Shown here: positions 7,673-16,993 of the stretch, in pieces
How positions within the stretch are numbered: position 1 is the stretch's first letter
Layout: every line of letters begins with the position of its first letter
DNA from: a virus
Lineage: Duplodnaviria; Caudoviricetes
Virus record (IMG/VR): IMGVR_UViG_3300021964_008821
Location: 1-24,725 of that record
Length of the DNA: 24,725 nucleotides
Reading direction: 5' to 3' (one strand)
Notes under the pieces: generated by a model
What the model was told of the DNA's origin: nothing
Seen by the model: only the letters and a program-made list of their open reading frames with translations
Databases searched by the model: none
Translations under genes and position numbers: made by a program

Positions 7673-8228
7673 AATCACAGATTAGATTCATCTGTACAAC
7701 GATCGCAACAGCATAAGCAGTAGCATGTGACTTCTTAAAGAAGTATTCATCACCTTCTGGTTTCTGCCATACTTCCTGCATTACTGTGTTCCAATCTTTA
7801 CCTACGAGATATCTTTTAGCAGGACGTATTACTGCTAACACTGCCGCTAGTTGTGGAATAGAAGTGGGTTTCATCTTCCTTAGTATTTCACCGTGTCCAT
7901 TAACGTGGAACAACATATCTGTAAAATCATCTTCTTCTAACAGTCCCCACATAGGTTCTTGATTCATTAGTTCTACAAGATGTTGTTCGTCACGTATGCC
8001 TTTGTACAGGCCTACATTTAGAAAATCCAATTTAAAGAAACCCTCTTCGTCCGCTTGATCATATGGAACACTACATAGTCCTTCTACTGCATTAACTGGT
8101 ACATCATGCAGATACACACCTGTGTTGTGTTTAACCATCTTGCCATCTTCAATACGACTAGCAACTACATGATCAAACAGTTCGAGTGCTTTTTCTCTAT
8201 CTAAAAAATCTATATCTATATCAGGCAT
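7647..8228 (-). CDS. Miniature DNA polymerase III alpha (DnaE)-like protein, catalytic palm/fingers fragment
   Basis: Starts MPDIDIDF, then KHNTGVY, FFKLDFL, LAVIRP and YFFKKSHATAYA. These are family-C polymerase motifs in the canonical order within 193 aa. Confidence 0.85.
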   Translation of the reverse strand: MPDIDIDFLDREKALELFDHVVASRIEDGKMVKHNTGVYLHDVPVNAVEGLCSVPYDQADEEGFFKLDFLNVGLYKGIRDEQHLVELMNQEPMWGLLEEDDFTDMLFHVNGHGEILRKMKPTSIPQLAAVLAVIRPAKRYLVGKDWNTVMQEVWQKPEGDEYFFKKSHATAYAVAIVVQMNLICDFTVQSGEE

Positions 8229-8467
8229 TAGTGTTTTATCGTAGTTTCTAATAATAATAAAGGAAGGTTTTTCTTAAGTGTTTCTGCATAATCTTCTGCA
8301 TCTTCTATATCATCAAAATTCATTATCTTAACATAGACTGCAGGTGCTTCGTCTTCTTCTACTGCAAAAATTACTAACTCTAAATCTGCAGGACTAAGAT
8401 ACTCTTCATTTTCTTCTAGTTCTTCTAAATCTTCTATAATCAATGGCGGTTTCTTTTTGTCTTTCAT
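8228..8467 (-). CDS. Small acidic hypothetical protein (79 aa)
   Basis: Very E/D-rich. Translationally coupled on both sides by 1-nt stop/start overlaps. Confidence 0.75.
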   Translation of the reverse strand: MKDKKKPPLIIEDLEELEENEEYLSPADLELVIFAVEEDEAPAVYVKIMNFDDIEDAEDYAETLKKNLPLLLLETTIKH

Positions 8468-9150
8468 TACAGTATCCTCGCTTCGTGTATTACGTCTTTG
8501 ACTAATTCCGTATCAGCAGGAACTGCTTTGAATCTGCTCATCCAAAATTTAGGATCTATCATAGGTCCTACTATTTCTAATTGTTCGTCATTCATTTGCC
8601 TTAACATTTCTTTGCCTGACTTAGTATTTAATAACACCCAAGGACTTATTAACCCTTCTTTAATATCGTGTGTAGCTCGATTAAGATTTACATATTTAAA
8701 ATAATGTTCCCATGGTGCTTCCTGATCGTCCGCCCAATCCATCATAGTTTTAAGTGTTCTCTGTATAGCACCATCTGCTGGTTCTTTCTTAATCAAGTCA
8801 GCGATATATTTTTCATACAATTCATCACGACACCAGTGGTCTAGCTTCACTCCGCTTTTAACAACATATTCTACAAACAGCTCAGGATATATTGGCGCTG
8901 TATTAACCATGAAGCTACCAAACTTCACAAATGCTGTGTAATAAGGACTCTTTACAAAATCATCAAACGTTTTTGTTGTTTTACCTTTTTGTGTGAATTC
9001 ATAAAACTTTTGATAGGTCATTAATCCCATCTGTGTGTGTTTTTCGTTCTTAGCGAGATACCTACGTTTTTGTTCGCAGACATGCACAGCCAAAGTTTTT
9101 TCTTTGACGAACTCTTTTTCGCAATATTCACATTTAAAACTTGATAGCAT
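8467..9150 (-). CDS. Zinc-finger (C2HC/C2H2-like) protein
   Basis: N-terminal FKCEYCEKEFVKEKTLAVHVC; the remainder is helical. Confidence 0.7.
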   Translation of the reverse strand: MLSSFKCEYCEKEFVKEKTLAVHVCEQKRRYLAKNEKHTQMGLMTYQKFYEFTQKGKTTKTFDDFVKSPYYTAFVKFGSFMVNTAPIYPELFVEYVVKSGVKLDHWCRDELYEKYIADLIKKEPADGAIQRTLKTMMDWADDQEAPWEHYFKYVNLNRATHDIKEGLISPWVLLNTKSGKEMLRQMNDEQLEIVGPMIDPKFWMSRFKAVPADTELVKDVIHEARIL

Positions 9151-9610
9151 TGATCTGTTTCTTATCCCAACCTAAACTTTCGCAATAGTTTTTGATTTCT
9201 TTGTCCGAAGTTATCTTAGCCATAGTTTCGATATCTGCATATTTCATATCCGGAAACAAGTTAGCTAAGAATTCTTCTTTTTTGTTTTTTTGTCTTTTTA
9301 AAGGAATCCATTCATGGAAGTGTGTTTTTTTGCTTTCATGTCCGCACATCGCTAGAGTCATCCAAACTAACTTAGGATGCTTTTGTATCTCATTCCAATT
9401 TTTATTATAGAACTCATTAACTGTTAGAACATAATGTTCTTGAAGCTCTCTGTTGTTTGTTTTGACGTTACTGATATACCGATTAAGATTCCAAAAATCT
9501 AATTTGATTTCTTTCTTGCCTTCGTCTGTGGCGGCATCCCACAGTTCTTTGATACCCATATCGACTGCGGGTATCATATCTTTGAATAAATCTACATATT
9601 TGTTAGGCAT
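9134..9610 (-). CDS. Probable clamp-loader small subunit (T4 gp62-like)
   Basis: Size (158 aa), the pattern FWNLNRYIS...VNEFYN...HPKL...FHEWIPLK, and replication-gene context. Confidence 0.55.
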   Translation of the reverse strand: MPNKYVDLFKDMIPAVDMGIKELWDAATDEGKKEIKLDFWNLNRYISNVKTNNRELQEHYVLTVNEFYNKNWNEIQKHPKLVWMTLAMCGHESKKTHFHEWIPLKRQKNKKEEFLANLFPDMKYADIETMAKITSDKEIKNYCESLGWDKKQINAIKF

Positions 9611-9848
9611 TTGTGTCTTTTTTAGTTAAATGATATAACATTTTAACACGTTCTATAGCATTTTGCAAGACCGGATTGTCTTCTGCGGCCTCCAATATTT
9701 CTTTCCAATGTGCTTCTTCTTCTTTAATGCGGGCATTTTTCGATACTCCGACTTTTTCTTTTTTATCAGAATAAAATTTCCTACGATATATTGTTTCACC
9801 CCCGTCGGGAGATTCATAAATGTATGAGTCTGTCATAATGATATCCAA
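9603..9848 (-). CDS. Hypothetical phage protein with YIYESPDGGxTIYRR motif
   Basis: Coupled ORF. The true start may be the second Met (MTDSYIYESPDGG). Confidence 0.75.
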   Translation of the reverse strand: MDIIMTDSYIYESPDGGETIYRRKFYSDKKEKVGVSKNARIKEEEAHWKEILEAAEDNPVLQNAIERVKMLYHLTKKDTNA

Positions 9849-10477
9849 ATATTATCTTTTCCAATTTTTTTAACTAATTTATATTTTAATTTTTTTAAAA
9901 AAATAGAAACATCTTCTCTTATTTTTTTTCTTTCAAGTTCTACTGTTATCACAGGTTTATAACTATTAATAGTATTTTCGGCTCCTTGTAAAATTTCTAA
10001 TTCCGAACCCTGTGTATCAATTTTTATTAAATTTGTTTCTAACCCTAAGCTATCTATTGTAATAATTTTTATTTGTTCTTCTTTTAAACTACTTTCATCT
10101 AATAGATTATATTCAGATGTAGAAAACAATCCACAATTATTAGAAAGTTTTGGAAGTTTTAATTTTTTATCTTCTTGGATTTTGCCTAACCCTAGATTAT
10201 ACAATTTTATGTTTTTATCGTTTCCACAATTTTTTTCTAAACATATAAAGTTTTCAGCAGAGGGTTCAAACGAATATACCTTATTAAATTTTTTTGCAAA
10301 TCTTACAGAATGTAGCCCTACATTAGCTCCAGCATCAATAGCTACTTTGAAATCTTTTACATACTTTAATGATTCTTCGAATACTTCTTGTTGATAAAAA
10401 GTTTCTGGGTAGTTACTAACGTATTTTTTAAAATGAGAATCAAATAACGGAAAAGCCCACCCGTTAACAAATTTCAT
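9833..10477 (-). CDS. FkbM-family SAM methyltransferase
   Basis: AIDAGANVGLHS, YSFEP, LIKIDTQGSELEILQGA and PVITVE. Confidence 0.9.
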   Translation of the reverse strand: MKFVNGWAFPLFDSHFKKYVSNYPETFYQQEVFEESLKYVKDFKVAIDAGANVGLHSVRFAKKFNKVYSFEPSAENFICLEKNCGNDKNIKLYNLGLGKIQEDKKLKLPKLSNNCGLFSTSEYNLLDESSLKEEQIKIITIDSLGLETNLIKIDTQGSELEILQGAENTINSYKPVITVELERKKIREDVSIFLKKLKYKLVKKIGKDNIWISL

Positions 10478-11025
10478 AGTTTTGATCCCATAATGAAGTA
10501 ATTTTTTACAGGAAGTTTTTTGTTAAGCTGTTTTGAAAATTTTTCAAATTCTACATAGTGTTCTTTGTATATATTAAATCCTAAATCTAAAAACTTCTTG
10601 CGCCACCACTCTGGAGTTTCTTGTATAAGGTGAGCATTACGACCGTCTGGTAAAATAAGTTTAGCAGGTGCGCAACTTATTAAATGATAGGTATGATTGC
10701 AATTATCTGCTATTTCTTCTAATGTTTGATCGATTAGATTGGGTTCAATATGTTCTAAAACATCTGTTGATATGATTAGGTCTACTTGAGATAGTAAATT
10801 ATCAAACTTAGGGTTGGCAGGATCAAATCCTAAGATATTTGTTTTGGGATAAACTTCTTTTAATTTTTCTACTAGATTTCCTTTGCCACACCCAAAGTCT
10901 AAAATGCTTGTTGGAGATATTTTTTCTATAAAGACAGGCAGAAAATCCGGAATTTTTGATCTTTTTCCAAATTTAGTTTTAGCGTGTATCTCTGTATAGA
11001 TTTTTTTATAACTATCTGAAATCAT
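10474..11025 (-). CDS. Class I SAM-dependent methyltransferase
   Basis: ILDFGCGKG, GFDP, STDVLEHIEP and NAHLIQETPEWW. Confidence 0.9.
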   Translation of the reverse strand: MISDSYKKIYTEIHAKTKFGKRSKIPDFLPVFIEKISPTSILDFGCGKGNLVEKLKEVYPKTNILGFDPANPKFDNLLSQVDLIISTDVLEHIEPNLIDQTLEEIADNCNHTYHLISCAPAKLILPDGRNAHLIQETPEWWRKKFLDLGFNIYKEHYVEFEKFSKQLNKKLPVKNYFIMGSKL

Positions 11026-11663
11026 AATCCTAAACTTCTCTTTACGGTATGATAGTGTAACATACTTTCTTTGTGATCTTTTTGTTCTCCTTTAAATGTT
11101 ACTAAAGGAGCATGCCCTCTATAGAAGCTCATTATGTCTCCGACTATTGTTTCATGAAATTCATACGTTTCGGAAAGATTTCTTAAAACTTTTTGGTCAA
11201 TACCTGATCTTAGTCTGTCAAACGGAAACTCTAATAATCGTTTTTTTAGATCTTCTCGAAAACTATTATCTCTACCAAAACTAACTAGACCTGCTAACCA
11301 TCTAGGTTTTTTATGATGCCTAAGAACATAAATGTTAGATGAAAGTCGATTCCATTGCTCAACCGTAATTTCTCTCCAACAAATTGTGTCACAATCAATA
11401 GTTACCACCGGTTCTTTATTTTGAAATAACTCCGCAGATTTGATAAATCTAGAGCATTGTAAATATCCAATTCTATGATCTTCTGATGAAAATTCTTGAG
11501 AATCATAATGATACTTAACCCCAGGAAGTTCTTCTATTTTTGTTGCATTAACTATGTTGGCGTGTAATTTAACTGCTGGCGAAAATTTTTGTATACTTTT
11601 TAAACAAGTTTCTCCCCATAGTTCGTAATAAGATTGATCACAAGATATAAGAAGATTAATCAA
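11022..11663 (-). CDS. Putative GT-A fold glycosyltransferase
   Basis: ISCDQSYY start, SRF, DxD motif (TIDCDT), WLAG, DQ and C-terminal TFKG. Distantly similar to the 15401 and 22056 ORFs. Confidence 0.6.
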   Translation of the reverse strand: MINLLISCDQSYYELWGETCLKSIQKFSPAVKLHANIVNATKIEELPGVKYHYDSQEFSSEDHRIGYLQCSRFIKSAELFQNKEPVVTIDCDTICWREITVEQWNRLSSNIYVLRHHKKPRWLAGLVSFGRDNSFREDLKKRLLEFPFDRLRSGIDQKVLRNLSETYEFHETIVGDIMSFYRGHAPLVTFKGEQKDHKESMLHYHTVKRSLGL

Positions 11664-12259
11664 AAGGTTTTCCTAATTTCCTTCCATTCAGCCTCATCTA
11701 TTTTCAAACACCAGTGTCCGATAGACGTGTCGTCGGGTTTTTTGTTAAACAATATTTTGGCAAATCCTGGATTGTATTTCTTTAGACTGCCGCCTTCGTT
11801 TAATTTAAAAAACACTCTATTGCAATAATTGAAACAGTCATCTAAGAAGTATTTCCAATCCCAGTTTTCCTGTCTATCAAACTCTGTTCTAGTTGCTACA
11901 ATCATGTCATATTTTCTTGGTAAATTCATAGGCTGATTTGGTTTTACCCAGAGTTCAAATCTTTTTAAATTAATAAGCTGACAACATTCTATAAACATTT
12001 TTCCTGTAATATCCTCGGTAATATCAGTGCCCTCAACTTCAAGCCCTCTTTGTTCATAGATAAAAGGTAACATTCCTACACCTGTTCCGATATCTAGAAC
12101 ACTTTTAATGTTATTTCCTTCTAACAAAGATAAGTCTGCTATTAATTGTTTTTCGTCCCAGAAGTGGTCCCACCTACGTACATATTTTGATCCGCGGGCT
12201 TTTTTATCGTATCTCTTTGCTATTTCCCACATTTTATCTTTGTATTCTTGTTCTTTCAT
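11660..12259 (-). CDS. Class I SAM-dependent methyltransferase
   Basis: SVLDIGTGVG, VEGTD and KYDMIVA. Confidence 0.8.
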   Translation of the reverse strand: MKEQEYKDKMWEIAKRYDKKARGSKYVRRWDHFWDEKQLIADLSLLEGNNIKSVLDIGTGVGMLPFIYEQRGLEVEGTDITEDITGKMFIECCQLINLKRFELWVKPNQPMNLPRKYDMIVATRTEFDRQENWDWKYFLDDCFNYCNRVFFKLNEGGSLKKYNPGFAKILFNKKPDDTSIGHWCLKIDEAEWKEIRKTF

Positions 12260-12260
12260 T

Positions 12261-13181
12261 TTATCTCCGTTTTAAAAGATGTTTAATAGGATCTCCATTT
12301 AAACATTCGTCTTCTCGCCACTGGCAATATCCAAGATTATTTAACCATTGCTGTCTTTCAAATAACATTGGACTTTCTAAGTCTTCTAAACTTTTGTTTG
12401 ATACATCCCATGCCATTGAGCTTGGACACATACTGAACGTTGGAATTCCTTCACACACGCTTTCTGTTAATGCGTTGGAGTTAAATCCAACAACTGCCCA
12501 TGCATTACTAAAATCAGTATAAAGTCCATCACCTCCTGATAATGAACCTTCTTTAGAAGGGGTGTTACTTATTGTTATTCCTGTTAGATTCAGTGATTCT
12601 ATAATTTTTATTTGTGCTTGTTTTCTGCTTGGATGAGGTCTAATTAATATATCTCTATCTGTATTTTTTTTAATTTCTTTAATTGTATATGATACAAAGT
12701 TTTCATAAGAACCGTGTTTGTCTATTAATTTAGTTAAACTGGTATCTCCGGGTCTCTGTAAAAGAAGAAGGATATATTCTCCTTCTGTCCTCCAAGATTT
12801 TATTTCAATATTTTGATCTGTTTTAATTTGATTCCATCTATCAGGCGGGCTATTTTCATTACAATAGTCTCCCTCGTCTCGAAAGTAACTAGTCCAGCTC
12901 CATCGATGATATGCCATTGGGTTTGGAGGAGTTGGCATATTTCTTCTAAACACCGCTGACTCTACACAGATAAAAGGCTTACCGCTATCTATAACATATT
13001 GATATATTTTACCCAGTTTTTTCTCTCGTTTTCCGCCTTTAATATTTGTTTGTAATAATATGTCTGCAGAATCTATAACAGATTTATTGTCAAATGGTAC
13101 TATAATTACATCATTAGGTAACGGATGATAAGCCCATAACAATTCTTTAATGGCAACTATTTTAATATTTTTATCGAACAT
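12261..13181 (-). CDS. KpsS/KpsC-like (capsule polysaccharide synthesis, GT-B) glycosyltransferase
   Basis: YILLLLQRPGDTS (QxxxD), IRPHP and FNSNALTESVCEGIP. Confidence 0.7.
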   Translation of the reverse strand: MFDKNIKIVAIKELLWAYHPLPNDVIIVPFDNKSVIDSADILLQTNIKGGKREKKLGKIYQYVIDSGKPFICVESAVFRRNMPTPPNPMAYHRWSWTSYFRDEGDYCNENSPPDRWNQIKTDQNIEIKSWRTEGEYILLLLQRPGDTSLTKLIDKHGSYENFVSYTIKEIKKNTDRDILIRPHPSRKQAQIKIIESLNLTGITISNTPSKEGSLSGGDGLYTDFSNAWAVVGFNSNALTESVCEGIPTFSMCPSSMAWDVSNKSLEDLESPMLFERQQWLNNLGYCQWREDECLNGDPIKHLLKRR

Positions 13182-13819
13182 TGTTGATAATTACTACGTC
13201 CTAATATTGTAAATTCTCGATCATACCGTTCAACCCATTCTTTCAAGGCCTTGTATTCGTGACGTTCCCAGAGTTCATATTCTGTTTTGTCTCTGAATGG
13301 ATAAAATTCATCGAATACAATAACTGTTTCTTTAACAATGTGATTGTTTAACAAATCGAAAATAGTTTTTGTGCTAGAATATAAATCACAATCTACATGT
13401 AAAAATTTAATCTGTGCCGGAGCAATTTCTTTAATATGTAGTGGAAGTGTAGAATTAAACCATCCTTTCCATAACCGAACATTAGAATGTACACTAGGTA
13501 ATTGGCCTACTGAAAAATGTCCTTTGGCTACTCTAGGATTTCCTCTAGTAATATCTTTTTTAGTCATTGCCCACGCTTCTGGTAATCCTTCAAAGCTATC
13601 AAAACCATGAACTATGTCTTCTAAAAATTTCTCAGCTATCATATTAATTGAAGCACCACTATACACTCCGAATTCTAATACTTCTCCAGTAATAGATACC
13701 TGTTCCATCGCAAATTTTAAATGATTGTATCTGTGAGTTCCATTTTTAACAGCAGAGGGAGTAACTAATTGACTATCTATAAAATGAGCTATATTATAAT
13801 TAGATTTATTAATAATCAT
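13157..13819 (-). CDS. TylF/MycF-like O-methyltransferase
   Basis: VLEFGVYSG, HGFDSFEGLP, KGWF, LHVDCDLYSST and IVFDEF. Confidence 0.9.
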   Translation of the reverse strand: MIINKSNYNIAHFIDSQLVTPSAVKNGTHRYNHLKFAMEQVSITGEVLEFGVYSGASINMIAEKFLEDIVHGFDSFEGLPEAWAMTKKDITRGNPRVAKGHFSVGQLPSVHSNVRLWKGWFNSTLPLHIKEIAPAQIKFLHVDCDLYSSTKTIFDLLNNHIVKETVIVFDEFYPFRDKTEYELWERHEYKALKEWVERYDREFTILGRSNYQQCSIKILK

Positions 13820-13829
13820 AACAGTAACA

Positions 13830-14402
13830 TTAATTTACATTTGAATTCATAAATAATAACCCTCGGTTTCTCACAAACGCTTTTTTTCCTTTTTTAACCT
13901 TAAGGTTTAATGTTGATGCTACTCGAACTTGTTTAGTATAGTCCTCATTATAGATCAGCCCATAATTTTTAAAAGTATCGATCCAATATTTTTCTTCTTG
14001 TAGATTGACATGATGATGGCCTTCCCAACCAGGAGGAGCATACGTCATTAATATAGTTTTGCAAGATTGGAAGGCTTTTATGAAATTAGGAATATACTGT
14101 TCATAGACATGTTCAACAAATTCAACACTCCATCCTATGTCGTATGTTCCTGACAAAGGTGCTGGTCCTTTAGTAAAATCGTGTATTAGAAATCTATCTT
14201 CGTTGTATCGATTAACAGTATAATCTCCATCTATGCCTTTTGAATCCAGACCCATTTCTTCTGCTAATTGTACCATTCCTCCGGGACCACAGCCTATATC
14301 TAAATAGCTTTTTGCGTTAAAGGTATTTTTTAAAAATGTTAAAGCACCATGATCTAAATGTGTTTTATCAGCATGCCCGCCTAAGTGTTTTTCTAATGCC
14401 AT
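13830..14402 (-). CDS. Class I SAM-dependent methyltransferase
   Basis: YLDIGCGPG, GIDGD, WSVEFVEHV and GHHHVNLQ..YW. Confidence 0.88.
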   Translation of the reverse strand: MALEKHLGGHADKTHLDHGALTFLKNTFNAKSYLDIGCGPGGMVQLAEEMGLDSKGIDGDYTVNRYNEDRFLIHDFTKGPAPLSGTYDIGWSVEFVEHVYEQYIPNFIKAFQSCKTILMTYAPPGWEGHHHVNLQEEKYWIDTFKNYGLIYNEDYTKQVRVASTLNLKVKKGKKAFVRNRGLLFMNSNVN

Positions 14403-14435
14403 TATTTTCTTCTTACTATATTGTAATATTGTTTA

Positions 14436-15404
14436 TTAAGATAATCTTTTAATATCTGCATCGACCATCATTTTTATTAATTCTTCAAATGTTACTTTAG
14501 GAGTCCATCCTAACAACGCTGTTGCTTTTGAGCTGTCTCCGCAGAGACTATGTAATTCTGCAGGGCGTTTGAATCTTGGATCTGATTTTACGTATTTTTG
14601 ATAATCAGTAATACCGACATGATTAAATGCTACGTCTAATAATTCTCCTATACTATGTTGTTCGCCAGTTGATATAACATAATCGCCTGGTTCTTTTTGT
14701 TGTACCATCATCCACATCGCTTCAACGTAATCGCCAGCAAATCCCCAATCTCTTTTAGAATCTAAGTTACCTAAAGTTATCGTATCTGAAAGCCCTAATT
14801 TAATTCTAGCAACAGCGTCGGTTATTTTTCTTGTAACAAAATCTATTCCTCTTAATGGAGATTCATGATTAAACAAAATACCATTTGAAGCATGAAGACT
14901 GTAGCTTTCACGAAAATTAATAGTGATCCAATAAGCATATAGTTTTGATACACCATACGGACTTCTTGGCTTAAACGGAGTATTTTCATGCTGTTTAGTA
15001 CCGTCACTGTTTCCATACATTTCACTGGTACTTGCTTGATAATATCGTGTACTAGGATTATTCAATCTAATAGAGTTTAGTATGTTCAACGGACCCATAG
15101 AATTTGTTTCTGTTGTTAATTTATTAAGTTCCCAACTAGCGCCAACAAAACTCTGTGCCGCTAAATTATAAAATTCTTCTGGTTTAATAGTTTTAATGAT
15201 ATGATTCATAGAATTTTCATCAGTGATATCACCAGTAATTAATTCTATATCATTTTCAATTCCTAAAAATTTAATATTATCTAAATTTGGATTGGAATAT
15301 CTTTTTATAAGACCGTAGACTTCATATCCTTTCTCTAACAAAAATTTTGATAGATACGGACCGTCTTGACCGGTTAATCCGGTAACAAACGCTATTTTTT
15401 TCAT
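14436..15404 (-). CDS. gmd: GDP-mannose 4,6-dehydratase
   Basis: VTGLTGQDG, NLAAQSFV, YQASTSEMYG, PRSPYGVSK (YxxxK), LFNHESPLRG, FVTRKI and KRDWGFAGDYVEAMW. Confidence 0.97.
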   Translation of the reverse strand: MKKIAFVTGLTGQDGPYLSKFLLEKGYEVYGLIKRYSNPNLDNIKFLGIENDIELITGDITDENSMNHIIKTIKPEEFYNLAAQSFVGASWELNKLTTETNSMGPLNILNSIRLNNPSTRYYQASTSEMYGNSDGTKQHENTPFKPRSPYGVSKLYAYWITINFRESYSLHASNGILFNHESPLRGIDFVTRKITDAVARIKLGLSDTITLGNLDSKRDWGFAGDYVEAMWMMVQQKEPGDYVISTGEQHSIGELLDVAFNHVGITDYQKYVKSDPRFKRPAELHSLCGDSSKATALLGWTPKVTFEELIKMMVDADIKRLS

Positions 15405-16105
15405 TTTAAACTTCCTTGTGACATTTTTGTTTTTTTATCGCCCTTGAAATGAATCATATGTCCGACAAATGTTTTATTAAAATTATTTTTATTCAATGCA
15501 GGAGTTAAATTAAAAGATTTAATTTTCTTATTATTTTCAAAGTTAATCCTTGTGGCATCGTAAACATGACAATCTGTAAATGCGTTTAGTGTATAAATTT
15601 TATCACTATCATAATACCCTTTATATTCTTCGAAAAACTCTTTTCTATAAGGATATCCTAAATTAAATGCTAAAAAACCAGTTTCAGTATAATTTCTTGC
15701 TCTGCCTAAATAGCTTGTAAAGTATCCTTTAGGAAGAAATTGTTTTAAGTAATCCGAAGTGATTTCTTTTTTAATTAACGTATCAGCATCTAACCATATT
15801 AAAATGTCTGTATTAATGTTTTCTGAAGCATGCCAAATAGCATAACTTTTATGACTAAATCTTACAGCATCAAACAAAAAGTTTTTATGTAATTTATTTT
15901 TGTTTCTATTTTTAAATTTAACTAAGTCTGGAATTGAATTTTCTAAAGGTATGGTGTTAATTTTTGGACTATTAATTTTTACATTATCGGTATACAAATT
16001 TATAACAATGCTTGAATCAAAATACTTTTCTATACCATCAACAAACACGTGTGCATATTCGTTATATCCGGTATCACTAAATGTTGAAACTAGTCCGATT
16101 TTCAT
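15401..16105 (-). CDS. GT-A fold glycosyltransferase
   Basis: VSTF..GY..Y, DAVRFSHK, WLDADT (DxD), YLGR..YTETGF and HFKG. Paralogue of 22056..22895. Confidence 0.75.
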   Translation of the reverse strand: MKIGLVSTFSDTGYNEYAHVFVDGIEKYFDSSIVINLYTDNVKINSPKINTIPLENSIPDLVKFKNRNKNKLHKNFLFDAVRFSHKSYAIWHASENINTDILIWLDADTLIKKEITSDYLKQFLPKGYFTSYLGRARNYTETGFLAFNLGYPYRKEFFEEYKGYYDSDKIYTLNAFTDCHVYDATRINFENNKKIKSFNLTPALNKNNFNKTFVGHMIHFKGDKKTKMSQGSLK

Positions 16106-16452
16106 TTTTTACTAATATATCCTACGCTTGTTCTTTCAATGTCGTCGTGATCGAAATGTGCCCAATATAATTCAAAAGCTAACGTATTTTCTAATGCTTC
16201 GAACTGATGATATTCTCCCGGTCTTACGACAGTGTATTGGCCTTCTGTGACTATTGTTTCATCTACTAAGTCATAGTCGTTCTTCCAAACTTTTACAGAT
16301 AGTTTACCAGATACAACATAAAATCCGTTGAATTTAAATTTGTGTTTATGTTTAGAACAAGTTCCGCCTTTTTTAATATCTATACGATGGAATTCTAAAC
16401 TAGAATTTGCTTCTATGAGTTCAGTTTGACCCCAGACTTTTCCTTCTATCAT
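16102..16452 (-). CDS. Cupin-fold protein (mannose-6-phosphate isomerase/sugar isomerase-like)
   Basis: GKVWG, CSKHKHKFKFNGFYVVSG and VRPGEYHQFEA. Confidence 0.8.
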   Translation of the reverse strand: MIEGKVWGQTELIEANSSLEFHRIDIKKGGTCSKHKHKFKFNGFYVVSGKLSVKVWKNDYDLVDETIVTEGQYTVVRPGEYHQFEALENTLAFELYWAHFDHDDIERTSVGYISKK

Positions 16453-16478
16453 AACTACCCTTAATTAAGTGCTCTGTT

Positions 16479-16486
16479 TATTTACC
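16479..16486 (-). promoter_or_regulatory. Late-promoter-like TAAATA motif heading the cupin-GT-gmd run
   Basis: GGTAAATA in one of the few true intergenic gaps, 26 nt upstream of the ATG at 16452. Confidence 0.45.
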
Positions 16487-16993
16487 TTAGAGTTTTTTGA
16501 ACCACACATTGTTAGGACCGACATCATATTTCTTTACTAACTCGGATACTGCTTGATTTACACCTGGGTAGTCAATATCATGTCCTGTTATCAATCCTCC
16601 TTTTTTCAGTTTAGGAGTATATAATTGTATATCTTTTCTTACAAATTCATACTTATGATTACCATCTATAAAAATGATATCAATGGAGTTATCTGGAATA
16701 AAATCAGCCAATGTATGACTCATTCCTTTTAATACTATTAATCTATCTCCATATTTTTCTTGTATTTCAGAAGAATAAAATTGACTAATATTAGTATCTA
16801 TGCCATATACTGTTAAATTAGGAAACAGATCAAGAAGATAAAACGAAGTACCTCCGTTTCTCACACCAATTTCTATCATAGTGTTACAGTTATAAGTTTC
16901 TATTAACCACTGAAGAACATGTCTTCTACTACTTTTCTTTCTATTCCATTCTATAGTTCGTGGAACAATTAATCTATCATTGCTATTCGCCAT
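16487..16993 (-). CDS. SAM methyltransferase (Methyltransf_24-like)
   Basis: IEIGVRNGGTS, YGID, IFIDGNHKY and GGLITGHD..YPGV. Confidence 0.9.
   Translation of the reverse strand: MANSNDRLIVPRTIEWNRKKSSRRHVLQWLIETYNCNTMIEIGVRNGGTSFYLLDLFPNLTVYGIDTNISQFYSSEIQEKYGDRLIVLKGMSHTLADFIPDNSIDIIFIDGNHKYEFVRKDIQLYTPKLKKGGLITGHDIDYPGVNQAVSELVKKYDVGPNNVWFKKL

Noticed and set aside
7647-8467. Mini-DnaE as a frameshifted or intron/intein-split full-length dnaE
   Set aside because: Flanking ORFs show no PHP, GRGS, OB or intein motifs and there is no intervening space. The deletions are internal and in frame.
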